From positions 20,107-84,106 of the forward strand of contig CALMNW010000034.1 in NCBI GenBank assembly GCA_937872095.1: DNA of 64,000 nucleotides, read 5' to 3'. Positions 53,836 to 62,900 of this stretch are shown here, in pieces (positions within the stretch are counted from its first letter, which is position 1; each line of letters begins with the position of its first letter). Position numbers and translations under genes: made by a program. The stretch comes from an uncultured Verrucomicrobiota bacterium (GTDB taxonomy: Bacteria; Verrucomicrobiota; Kiritimatiellia; CAIQIC01; Lenti-01). The notes below the pieces were generated by a model. The model was not told the DNA's origin. It made no database searches and saw only the letters and a list, made by a program, of their open reading frames with translations.

Positions 53836-55248
53836 ATGAAACTGTTGCTACCCCGTTCCGAACTGAAGGAAGCGCTGACCGGCCTGTCCAAGGTCATCAA
53901 CCAGCGCGCCAGCATCCCGATCCTGGCCTGCGTGCGGCTTGACGCCGAAGGCCAGACCGTCCTCCTGACGGGCACGTCCATCGATCAGACCGCCAGCTAT
54001 GCGATCACCGTCGCCGAGCCCGTGCCTGCGCCTATCGCGGTCCTGATTTCCATTGCCGAGCTGCAGGCTGTCCTGAAGACGGCGCAGGGGCCCGACATCG
54101 AGATCGAGCCCGGCAAGGACGCCGTGACGATCACCGCCACCGTTGCCGGGCAGGGGATCGGGCGTCGCATCGAGACCCCGGACATCCAAGACTGGCCGGA
54201 GCTGGCCACGCCCGCCGACACCAAATCCGTCGAGCTCGGCTTCTTGGCCAGCTTGCGACGGGTGCTGGCGTTCGCTTCTCCGGACGATTCCCGACCGCTC
54301 TTGAAAGCCGCGTATTTGGATGTGTCCGCCAAGGCCGGCCACCGGATCGTGGCGACCGACAGCCGGAGGCTGACCGTCCTGCCCTGCGGGATCCTGCCGC
54401 TGGCCGAGTCGGTGATCGTCCCGTCCACCAAGTTTTTGAATTGGTCCAAGCTGGAAGGGGAGACCCGGATCGGCGCGGGCAAGGGCGTCTTTACGCTCCG
54501 GTGTGGGCCCTGGACCTATACCGCCAAGACGGTGGAAGGCCAGTATCCGCGCTGGAGCCAGGTCGTGCCCGCCTACGGGGGTGACCGGACGCTGGAGCTC
54601 TCCGAGGCCGATGCAGCGATGCTCATCAAGGCCATGCCGGGCCTGCCGACCTACGACAGCAGCCACGAGGCCGTCGTGCTGTGCATGGAGGGCAACGCCG
54701 TCCGGGTGTTCTCCCGGCAGGACGCCAAGAGCCCCGAGAGCGCCGTCCGGCTTGAATCCAGCCAGTACGAGGGGAAGGGTGCCTTCTCCGTCGGCCTGAA
54801 CCGGGAGTTCTTCCGGGATGCGCTGCAGGCCGGGTTCCGCTACTGGGAGTTTCAGGATGCCGTGAGCCCGCTTCTCGGCCGCCTGTCCAAGGACGACAAG
54901 GCCAGCATCCACGTCCTGATGCCCATCCGCACGATCGACGCCGAGGTACAAAAGGCCGAAGCCAAAGCCCCGGAGGCCAAGCCCACCCCCGTTCCCGTTC
55001 AACCCCAACCCAAGGAGATCCCCATGCCAAAGAAACACGAAGAAGTCCAACCCGCGGTCGAACCCGGGGCTCTGGACAAGATCCTGGTCGCCTACGAGTC
55101 CGCGAAGAACGCGGTGCGCCAGGCGCAGTCCGCGCTGGCCGACGTGGCGCTCTGCGTCCGCGACGCCATCCGCGAACAGAAGGCGCAGAGCCGCGAAATC
55201 GCGGAAGTCCGCGCCGGCCTGGCCAAGCTCCAGACCATCCGGGTGTAG
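53836..55248 (+). CDS. DNA polymerase III beta-subunit (sliding clamp, DnaN) homologue with a C-terminal Pro-rich linker and coiled-coil extension
   Basis: RBS aaggag 6 nt upstream. N-terminus MKLLLPRSELKEALTGLSKVINQRASIPILACVRLDAEGQTVLLTGTSIDQ follows the DnaN domain-I pattern (MKF...R..L...L..v...v.....lPiL..vll.a..g.l.l.atDle). Three ~110-aa repeats of the clamp fold, then AKAPEAKPTPVPVQPQPKEIPMPKK and a helical tail. Confidence 0.55.
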   Translation: MKLLLPRSELKEALTGLSKVINQRASIPILACVRLDAEGQTVLLTGTSIDQTASYAITVAEPVPAPIAVLISIAELQAVLKTAQGPDIEIEPGKDAVTITATVAGQGIGRRIETPDIQDWPELATPADTKSVELGFLASLRRVLAFASPDDSRPLLKAAYLDVSAKAGHRIVATDSRRLTVLPCGILPLAESVIVPSTKFLNWSKLEGETRIGAGKGVFTLRCGPWTYTAKTVEGQYPRWSQVVPAYGGDRTLELSEADAAMLIKAMPGLPTYDSSHEAVVLCMEGNAVRVFSRQDAKSPESAVRLESSQYEGKGAFSVGLNREFFRDALQAGFRYWEFQDAVSPLLGRLSKDDKASIHVLMPIRTIDAEVQKAEAKAPEAKPTPVPVQPQPKEIPMPKKHEEVQPAVEPGALDKILVAYESAKNAVRQAQSALADVALCVRDAIREQKAQSREIAEVRAGLAKLQTIRV

Positions 55249-55287
55249 ACCCGGTAAATCGCAAAAAGTAATTCGCTGTCACCAAAG

Positions 55288-55325
55288 GCCGTCGGGGTCA
55301 ACACCCGGCGGCCTTTTCCATTTTC
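55288..55325 (+). terminator. Rho-independent terminator candidate
   Basis: ggccgtcgggg-tcaacac-cccggcggcc hairpin followed by ttttccattttcg, 40 nt after the clamp stop. Confidence 0.35.
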
Positions 55326-55367
55326 GATTTAACTAAACAAACAACAAACCAACCCCAAGGAGATCAT

Positions 55368-55601
55368 ATGCATCCATTCGTCGTACTGCTCGCCATTGGA
55401 ACCGCGCTCGCTCATGACACTGGCAGGCGCCTGGAGATGCCCGTCGTGGCGCCCAACCGGCTCGAAGCCGTCTGCATCGCCGAACGTAACGGCAACGTCA
55501 TCGTTGCGGACGACGAGTACGTCTATGCCAAGTCGGTGCGGCCGGTCCATACCAGCCACTTCACCTTCACGCCGCCCTCGGGGCTGGCCGTGGCCGTCTA
55601 G
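55368..55601 (+). CDS. Hypothetical small protein (77 aa)
   Basis: Strong RBS aaggagatcat before the ATG. The product has a hydrophobic N-terminus and no domain match. Confidence 0.4.
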   Translation: MHPFVVLLAIGTALAHDTGRRLEMPVVAPNRLEAVCIAERNGNVIVADDEYVYAKSVRPVHTSHFTFTPPSGLAVAV

Positions 55602-55659
55602 GCTGGCGTAGGCCGCGAAAACCACTAAGCCCCGGAGGCGAAAGCGCCGGGGCATCCCT

Positions 55660-56163
55660 TTGAAACAAAACGAACAGGAGAATGAATCCATGAGCGTGAA
55701 TCTTGAAATGTCCTACGCGAAAAAAGTTGGGTTGCCCGAATACTCGAGCCACAATTTCAGCGTCTCGCTGAAGACCGAGGTGGCCCGCCTCGAAGACGTG
55801 TCCGGCGAAGTCGAACGGGTCTACCGGCTTCTTCAGACGGCGGTGGACGAGCAAATCGTCAACCCCGGCTTTGTCCCCGGCCACGAGCAGTCGGCACCCG
55901 CACCCAAGAACGGTGTCGACGACAGCAAGCCCTGGAAGTGCTCGGACAAGCAGAAGGCGCTGATCCTCAAGGTCGTCGCCGAGAACAAGCTCGACCGCGT
56001 CGAAGTGGAGCAACTGGCCGTCACCCGGTTCGGGCACGGCGTCGCCCTGCTTAACAAGCTGGAGGCTTCGGGGCTCATCGACGAGTTGCTGGGCAAAACC
56101 GGTCGCTCGTCGGCGAAGAAGGCCGGCGCCTTCCGCCCCTTCGAGCAGCGGAGGGCGGCGTGA
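55660..56163 (+). CDS. Hypothetical protein (167 aa)
   Basis: ORF with an acidic N-terminus. An alternative ATG at 55690 has a better RBS (caggagaatgaatcc). Confidence 0.4.
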   Translation: MKQNEQENESMSVNLEMSYAKKVGLPEYSSHNFSVSLKTEVARLEDVSGEVERVYRLLQTAVDEQIVNPGFVPGHEQSAPAPKNGVDDSKPWKCSDKQKALILKVVAENKLDRVEVEQLAVTRFGHGVALLNKLEASGLIDELLGKTGRSSAKKAGAFRPFEQRRAA

Positions 56164-57011
56164 GCGCCCAGGCGGCCGTTTTCCACAGCGGGTCGCTCGA
56201 CGAATCCAAGCCCGGCGATCCGTTGGCGTACATCAGCGCTTCGAGATTGAAGTCGTTCCTGACCTGCCGACTTCGGTTCTTTTACGAAAAAGTTTTGGGA
56301 CTGAAAGCGCCGGCGTCCCCGGCGCTCCAGATCGGCAAGGCGGTCCACGCGGGCTTGCAGCATTTCAACCTGGCTCGCTGGCGGGGTGGGGACACTTCGC
56401 CGGCCGCCACGCTGCAGGCGTACGACAAAGCCTACGGAGAATTGGAAGTCCAGGGTCCGGTGGATTACGAGGGCAAGGATCGCACGGAGTGCATCGACAC
56501 GGGACAGCGCGTGCTGGATGCCTATCTGGGCTCCGATCTGGCCAGCGATCCGCGGCGGATCTTGGGCGTGGAAGCCTATCTTCGCCGAGAAGAGGGGTTG
56601 CCGCTGCCGCTGGTCGGCGTCCTGGACTTGGTGCTCGAAGGCAACGTGCCGGTGGATTTCAAGACGGTGGCCTCCACGCCCGTCCTTGAAGACGAAGCCT
56701 GGCAAAACGAACTCCAGCTCACCGCCTATCACCTGCTGATGCAAGACGCGACGGGCGAGGAGCCGGGTCAGGGGGAGTTGGTTTACCTGACGAAAACGAA
56801 GGCCCCGAAGATCGTCAAACAGGTGTTGCCGCCCGTGACCCAGGTGCAGATCGACCGCCTAAAGGCGCTGATCGACGTTTACGCCGATGGTGTTAGCCGG
56901 GAGGACTACCACCCCTCACCGGGAATGTCGTGCCGCTGGTGTTCGTATAGGACGCAGTGTGCGGCATGGGCCGGGTCCAAGGTCCGGAAGGCTGTCGGCA
57001 TGGCCGCATGA
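56160..57011 (+). CDS. PD-(D/E)XK nuclease, Cas4/RecB-exonuclease-like, with a C-terminal Cys cluster
   Basis: GTG start overlapping the upstream stop. Motifs VGVLDLVLEGNVPVDFKT (D...D/E-x-K core) and a terminal CRWCSYRTQC, plus an earlier Cys (FLTCRL), resemble the Cas4/AddB-type Fe-S nuclease arrangement. Confidence 0.5.
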   Translation: MSAQAAVFHSGSLDESKPGDPLAYISASRLKSFLTCRLRFFYEKVLGLKAPASPALQIGKAVHAGLQHFNLARWRGGDTSPAATLQAYDKAYGELEVQGPVDYEGKDRTECIDTGQRVLDAYLGSDLASDPRRILGVEAYLRREEGLPLPLVGVLDLVLEGNVPVDFKTVASTPVLEDEAWQNELQLTAYHLLMQDATGEEPGQGELVYLTKTKAPKIVKQVLPPVTQVQIDRLKALIDVYADGVSREDYHPSPGMSCRWCSYRTQCAAWAGSKVRKAVGMAA

Positions 57012-57271
57012 GCCGGTTCATCCGCATCAAAACGCCCGGCGAGCTGTTGGACATGATCAAAAGGAAGCCCTTGCGTTTCCTGATCCTGCTCAACTACGGC
57101 GGCGAGAGCTCGAAGCAGATCGGCTACGACCGGCGCCGCCGGGTGTTCAAGGTCCGCAACCTGATCGACGGCAGCCGGCAGGAGCTGACCTGCGCCCAGC
57201 TTATGGGCCCGAAGCATAGCAACATCGGCCCGGCAATGCGCGGCGGCGCGTTCTTTGCCGAAGTGGCCTGA
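57008..57271 (+). CDS. Hypothetical small protein
   Basis: ATGA overlap with the nuclease gene. 87 aa; no domain match. Confidence 0.35.
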   Translation: MSRFIRIKTPGELLDMIKRKPLRFLILLNYGGESSKQIGYDRRRRVFKVRNLIDGSRQELTCAQLMGPKHSNIGPAMRGGAFFAEVA

Positions 57272-57309
57272 CCCCGATCCCGACAACCATCAAACGAAAG
57301 GAGGGCAAT

Positions 57310-58044
57310 ATGCCCGTATGTAACTTGTGTCTTCATTGCGGGGCGGCTCAAGTCCCGCGCGCGGCCTTGGCGGCCGTGCCAACGCCCGCGGCCACCGAAA
57401 CCTGGAGGCCGATTCCTCACGAGGAGTATGTTCGCCAGGTCGAATGGGAGCTGCCACGCTACGGCCTCGACATTGTCGCCGAAGCGCACGCGCTGACGCA
57501 CGACTCGTCGAGGTACTTCGGCTTGATCCAGGTCCAGAACGGGTGCAATAGCCCTGACTATTCCTGGGTCTTGGGCTTGCGTAACTCCCATGACAAAACG
57601 CTGACGGCCGGTCTGGTCGCCGGCAGCCAGGTGTTCGTGTGCGACAACCTGGCTTTTTCGGGTGAGGTGAGCGTCAGCCGGAAGCACACGGTCAACATCC
57701 TGGAAGACCTGCCCGGCCTGGTCGGCGGCGCTCTCGGGCGACTTCTGCTGATGTTCAAGTCGCAGGACCAGCGCGTCGAACGCTACCGGGCAACCCGCCT
57801 GAGCGAGCCCGATGTGCACGACCTGACGATCCGGGCATTGGATTCGGGCGTCGTCTGTGCTTCCAAGATCCCCGAAGTGCTGAAGGAATGGCGAGAGCCT
57901 CGCTACCGTGAGTTCGAGCCCCGCACGGTCTGGAGCTGGTTCAACGGCGTGACGGAGACGGCCAAGGGTGCGCTGCATTTGTTGCCGCGCCGGACCCAGG
58001 CCCTTTACCGGCTGTGCGACGACTTCGTCGGCGTCGCTGCCTGA
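57310..58044 (+). CDS. Hypothetical phage/plasmid-like protein (244 aa)
   Basis: RBS aaggaggg 6 nt upstream. No confident family assignment. Confidence 0.4.
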   Translation: MPVCNLCLHCGAAQVPRAALAAVPTPAATETWRPIPHEEYVRQVEWELPRYGLDIVAEAHALTHDSSRYFGLIQVQNGCNSPDYSWVLGLRNSHDKTLTAGLVAGSQVFVCDNLAFSGEVSVSRKHTVNILEDLPGLVGGALGRLLLMFKSQDQRVERYRATRLSEPDVHDLTIRALDSGVVCASKIPEVLKEWREPRYREFEPRTVWSWFNGVTETAKGALHLLPRRTQALYRLCDDFVGVAA

Positions 58045-58141
58045 ATGTCAACCGTAGCCGTGGAGGACCGCCAACTCCACGGCATTCTTGTCGGATGAAA
58101 GGTAAGGAGACCGTGATGGCCGGCAAATATCGAGGTGAAAA

Positions 58142-58369
58142 GTGACAAGGAAACGAATCAAGGACAGCGAGCTGCCGCGCTCGCCCCAGTTCCACTTGAA
58201 GCGCTACGACAAGCTGGTGGGCAAAACGCTGACCGGCGTCTGCGTGGACCGGTCAGACGGCAGTGGCGACCCGGTGATCGGCCTGGTGTTTGGCGGGACG
58301 GTCGCCTGGATCCTGTGCGACGAAGAAGGCAACGGGCCCGGCGTCCTCGACATCGAAGGGCCGAAATGA
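58142..58369 (+). CDS. Hypothetical small protein (75 aa)
   Basis: ORF in the small-gene series 58.1-59.3 kb, several of which overlap their neighbour's stop. This gene lies 95 nt after the 57310..58044 stop. Confidence 0.3.
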   Translation: MTRKRIKDSELPRSPQFHLKRYDKLVGKTLTGVCVDRSDGSGDPVIGLVFGGTVAWILCDEEGNGPGVLDIEGPK

Positions 58370-58632
58370 GCAGGAAACGCCTCATCGCCGAACAGCGACT
58401 GGAAGTGATCCGGCGCGTCGCCGATTGGTGCTACGCCAATACGCAAAGCTGGGCGCCGGACCGGATTGGGCTGGGGCTGGCCTACCTGTTCTGGGCGATA
58501 GCGTCCGACGACGGCCAGCCATTCGACACAACCATCGGGCCGAAGGATGAGTACGCCGAACTGGTGAAGCTTCTGAAGTCCAATCCGAACGGGCTGTGGG
58601 ACGAACTGCGAGCTTGCGGAGCGATTGTGTAA
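58366..58632 (+). CDS. Hypothetical small protein (88 aa)
   Basis: ATGA overlap with the upstream gene. The long ORF 58135..58632 is an extension. Confidence 0.3.
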   Translation: MSRKRLIAEQRLEVIRRVADWCYANTQSWAPDRIGLGLAYLFWAIASDDGQPFDTTIGPKDEYAELVKLLKSNPNGLWDELRACGAIV

Positions 58633-58654
58633 ACCAACCACCGAAAGGAAGACC

Positions 58655-59023
58655 ATGCGCTACACGGAGACGACGACGATACGCTGCAGCCGGACGATGC
58701 CGATAGCCGAGTTCATTCAGACGAACGAGCTGGTGAGTGAACAGGCAGGGTCCGAGGGGGCTCTGGACTGGCTGGCCAGACAATTCCTGCCGGATGCGGC
58801 GATGAACGAGCCGTATGACGCATGGATTGCCCGGCAGGCGATCTCCATCCTGCCCACGACCTTGCTACGGGATACGGTGAATGGCTCGTCCCACATTGCC
58901 CGGAAGATCGCCGGCGTGCAGATCTCGCCCGCGGACAAGACGTGGCTGTTCCAGATCCTGGGCCATCACCCGGCGATGCTCGCCGTGTGGCGGTCCATGG
59001 TACAGGAAGCCATCGCGGCCTGA
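58655..59023 (+). CDS. Hypothetical protein (122 aa)
   Basis: RBS aaggaag 7 nt upstream of the internal ATG of ORF 58625..59023. Confidence 0.35.
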   Translation: MRYTETTTIRCSRTMPIAEFIQTNELVSEQAGSEGALDWLARQFLPDAAMNEPYDAWIARQAISILPTTLLRDTVNGSSHIARKIAGVQISPADKTWLFQILGHHPAMLAVWRSMVQEAIAA

Positions 59024-59091
59024 ACCAAACAATAAGCCGCCGGCGGAGTTCCAATCTCCCCGGCGGCAATTCTTTTACATGGAGGACCATA

Positions 59092-59316
59092 ATGCTGATA
59101 ACGCGAACGAGCATGATTTCCGGCAAGACCCATACAATGGAAGTCGATTGCACGGAAGAACAGCTTGCACGGTGGCATGCGGGTGAGAGAATCCAAGACT
59201 GCATGCCGGGCGTGCCGGCGCCGTTACGGGAATTTATGATGACGGGCACGACGCCGAAAGAATGGCGTCAGATGTTTGGCCGTCCGCCACGGATGCCTCG
59301 GCGCAGGCGGTCGTAG
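59092..59316 (+). CDS. Hypothetical small protein (74 aa)
   Basis: RBS ggagga 7 nt upstream. The product MLITRTSMISGKTHTMEVDCTEEQLARWHAGERIQDC contains Cys pairs. Confidence 0.35.
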   Translation: MLITRTSMISGKTHTMEVDCTEEQLARWHAGERIQDCMPGVPAPLREFMMTGTTPKEWRQMFGRPPRMPRRRRS

Positions 59317-59415
59317 GGGCAGGGCCGCCTTGTCGGGGGAGGGCTGCGGGATGACCGCGGCCCTTTTGTTAGCTATCGGCGGTTGGTATAGCAACGGCAG
59401 GCCAAGCCGAGTAGG

Positions 59416-59724
59416 ATGAGCCTAGTTGCCGTGCCCGACAAAGAAACCAGTCTAGCTCCTGAACCAGCCGAGTGGCCGATAGACGGCACGCTCGACCTGC
59501 ACCTGTTTCAGGCTAAAGATGTAGGCGATCTGATGCCGGGGTATCTGGCCGAGTGCCGCAAGCGGGGCATTCTGCAGGTCCGGATCGTGCACGGCAAGGG
59601 GACGGGACAGCTGCGGGAACGGGTGCACGCCGTCCTGCGGAAGCTGCCGGAGGTGGCTGGGTTTGGCATGGCGACGGAAGCGATGAGAGGGTGGGGGGCG
59701 ACGGTGGTGGAGATGAAACCTTGA
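59416..59724 (+). CDS. Smr (small MutS-related) domain protein
   Basis: LDLHLFQAKDVGDLMPGYLAECRKRGILQVRIVHGKGTGQLRERVHAVLRKLPEV matches the Smr pattern (LDLHG...eA...l..fl.....g...vriIhGkGtG.Lr..v...L). Confidence 0.6.
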   Translation: MSLVAVPDKETSLAPEPAEWPIDGTLDLHLFQAKDVGDLMPGYLAECRKRGILQVRIVHGKGTGQLRERVHAVLRKLPEVAGFGMATEAMRGWGATVVEMKP

Positions 59725-59998
59725 TAATCATGTGCCAAATGGTGCGTCAGAGGTGCGGGTAGACCGATTCACTAATATCCTAATAATCTCAATTATATAT
59801 CTATCGACTTGCTCGGTACAGGTGCATAAAATCCAGATTCGTCAAAGTGAATCGTCCAACTGGCATCGTTGGTTTGCGTCCGGAGAAGCCTTTATGTCTA
59901 GCAGTTGGCCTAGGAGGGTTCCGTGGAATCAGCTTTTATTCATATTGGGCGGGGCATTGTGTCAATCTGCATCAACGGGAGTGGGAAAGAGTGAAGCC
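59725..59998 (+). promoter_or_regulatory. AT-rich non-coding region upstream of the giant C1-peptidase gene
   Basis: The stretch 59760-59880 is below 40% GC (ctaatatcctaataatctcaattatatatctatcgacttgc). No ORF. RBS gggaaagag precedes the ATG at 59999. Confidence 0.3.
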
Positions 59999-62900
59999 AT
60001 GAAAAATGACACAACCCGATCATGTTCCGAGTCGATTACAAATCGGCGAGCCTTCGGTTGTAGCGGGCGAATTCATCGTGGCAGCCCAAATATACCGAGT
60101 GGAGGAAGAACGGTAGCGGCTATTTTTGTGGCGCTTGTGGAGTTTATCCTAACCGGTGCGGCCGGAACATGCTTCGCAGGATCAGCTCAGTTTGCGCCGC
60201 TCAACCCGGAATTCATCGACTACCAGCGGAGAGCGCAGGCTGATCAGCCGTCCGTGCGCGCTGAAGAGGGCGAGGAACTCCTGGGATATGTTCCGGCCTC
60301 TGTTAGCATCACGGCCATGGCCGGCACTAATCGCTTCAAGAAGGCAATGCCTCGCTCATTTCCTGCAACCTACGATCTAAGACAATCGGGGCGTCTTACT
60401 CCTGTCAAGGACCAGATAATTTCTGGCCCATGCTGGGCTTTCGCTGCCGTTGCGTCCCTCGAATCCTGTCTCACGCTTGAAGGGTCCAGCGACTTTTCAG
60501 AGAAGAACCTGGCCAATCTTCACGGGTGGGACTGGAGCCCAACCAATGGGGGGAATGGAATATTGGCGACCGCATACCTGTGCCGATGGGACGGCCCCGT
60601 CAATGAATCCGATGATCCTTACCCTGCCGGTGCGTGGCAAAGCAGTCTGCCCGGGCTGCCTGTCCAGAAGCACGTTCAGCAAGTCCGTATGATTTTCGGC
60701 AAGTCCAGTCCCACCGACAACGACGCCATCAAACAAGCGCTGACCGACTATGGCGCTGTCTTTGCCTCCTATTACCATGCGAACAGCTACTACAGCTCGG
60801 TCAACTCCGCCTATTACTATTCTGGGGCCAACAATGGCAACCATGGTGTTGCCATTGTCGGGTGGAATGACAATTTTGACCGCACGCGCTTTCCGGTGGC
60901 TGCCCCGTCCAACGGAGCCTACATCGTCAAGAACAGTTGGGGTACTGGGTGGGGCGATGCCGGATATTTCTATGTGTCATATTATGACACCAAATTTGCC
61001 CATGAAGACATGTTTGTATTTATGAACGCTGAACCCGTTGGCAACTACATGAAATGCTACCAATACGATCCGCTGGGATGGATCAGCTCTTTCAGGCAAC
61101 CATGGGCGGCGGCGATTTATACGGCCAGCGCATCGGAACCTCTTCAGGCGGTGGGCTTTTATTCTGCACAAGCGGCTAGCTACGAACTATACGTCTACAC
61201 TAATGTCGAAGCCGGAGCCCCTCGAAGCGGCACGCTTGCAAGCAGCATATCTGGCACTTTGCCGTCCGCAGGTTTCCACACGGTTTCACTGGCCGCGCCC
61301 GCCGCATTGGTGGCGGGACAGCGGTTTTCGATTGTTTTACGGCTGATAAACGGTGGCGATTATCCCCAGGCAATTGAATATGCATATAGCGGCCTAACCA
61401 GCGCGGCCACCGCCGCCCCCGGGCAGACCTTCTATAGCTCCGATGGCTCCCAATTCACCGATCTGACGGCACTTGAGTCGACAGCCAATTTTTGCATCAA
61501 AGGCTATACTGGTACAGATACGACTCCCCCGGGGGAGCCCACAATTTCGTCGACGACCCACCCGGACGAGAACGCCTGGTATGCCAATGGCAACCCGTCG
61601 TTTACCTGGACCACGCCATCCGACGCGGGCGGGATAGGCGGGTATAGTTATGTTCTGGACGGTTTGGCCACGACGATTCCGGACACCACGGCGGACGCGG
61701 CGGGGAATACAAAAACCTATTCAAGCATTCCCGACGGAACATGGTATTTCCATGTGCGGGCCAAGGACAATGCCGGCAACTGGGGCACGGTGGATCACTA
61801 TCGAGTGCAGATCGACAAAACAGCACCGACTTTCGGCAGCGTCGCGGTCAGTCCGACTCCGGCCAAACAGGGTGCGGCGGTTTCGATCACGTTCACGGCG
61901 TCCGAGACCCTGGCGGCCAATCCGACCGTAACGGTCAACAGCCACGCGGCGAGTTACAGCAGCAAGTCTGGGAATAACTACACGTACAGCTACACGGTCC
62001 TGTCGTCGGATTCCGACGGCGCCGCGGCAATCGCGATCTCCGGCGCGGACCGAGCGGGAAACGCCGGTTCGGGCAGCAGCACCTCGGCCCTGACCGTGGA
62101 CAAGACGCCGCCGACATGCGCCATCGTTCGCAACGACCCAAATCCGACGTCGGCTTCGACCGTGCATTTCAATGTGAACTTTAGCGAGAACGTGACAGGT
62201 TTTGTTCAGGCCGACGTCGATCTGACCGGCACAGCGCCCGGGAAGAGCATCACGGGCTTCAGCGGGGGGCCGCAAAACTTCGTCGTGACCGTCTCGGACA
62301 TCGGCGGAAGCGGGACCGTGGCGGTCGATGTGGACGCCGGCAAGTGCACAGACGCGGCGGGCAATCCCAACACGGTGGGCGCGGCAGCGAGCTACACAAT
62401 CGATCAGGGCGAAGTCGGCGTGACGATTACCCAGTCCGACGAAAGCACGGCGGTGACCGAGGGGGGAAGTTCCGACACCTATACGGTGGTTCTCAAGACG
62501 CAGCCGTCTGCAAATGTTGCCGTGACGGTCAGCCCGGGAAGCCAGTTGTCGGCATCGCCGACGACGCTGCCCTTCATTCCCGGCCAGTGGAACGTCGCCC
62601 AGACGGTCACGGTGAGCGCCGTGAACGACGCGCTATACGAAGGCCCGCACTCTGCAACGATTACGCATAGCGCCGCCAGCAGCGACGGCAACTATAACGG
62701 CATTCCTGTGACCAGCGTGGCGGTGACGATCACCGACAACGATGCTCCTCCGACGGTCCGCTTCGCTGCGGCGACCCAGTCCAAAGCCGAAAATAGCGGG
62801 ACGGCCTTGGTCACGGCGGAGCTTTCGGCTGTTTCCGGTCTGGCAGCCACAGTGCCGTTCACGCTATCGGGGTCGGCGTCGAACGGAGCAGACTTCACGG

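Larger units (their letters stand above)
46496..59760 (+). mobile_element. Integrated mobile genetic element (phage-like/ICE-like island): integrase, excisionase-like, primase/helicase with iterons, beta-clamp homologue, Cas4-like nuclease, Smr; the right end is not defined and may extend beyond 59,760 or the window
   Basis: Abrupt GC drop (~67% to ~50-55%) immediately after the tRNA 3' fragment. A tyrosine integrase gene lies 130 nt inside. All genes are co-directional. Replication/recombination functions are clustered. Many genes have canonical RBSs, unlike the host locus. Confidence 0.55.

Noticed and set aside
60156-61025. Several 70-90-aa + strand ORFs in the track within the 60-61 kb region
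   Set aside because: They are out-of-frame fragments. The third frame is continuously open and encodes papain-family catalytic motifs; see the 59999..64000 feature.
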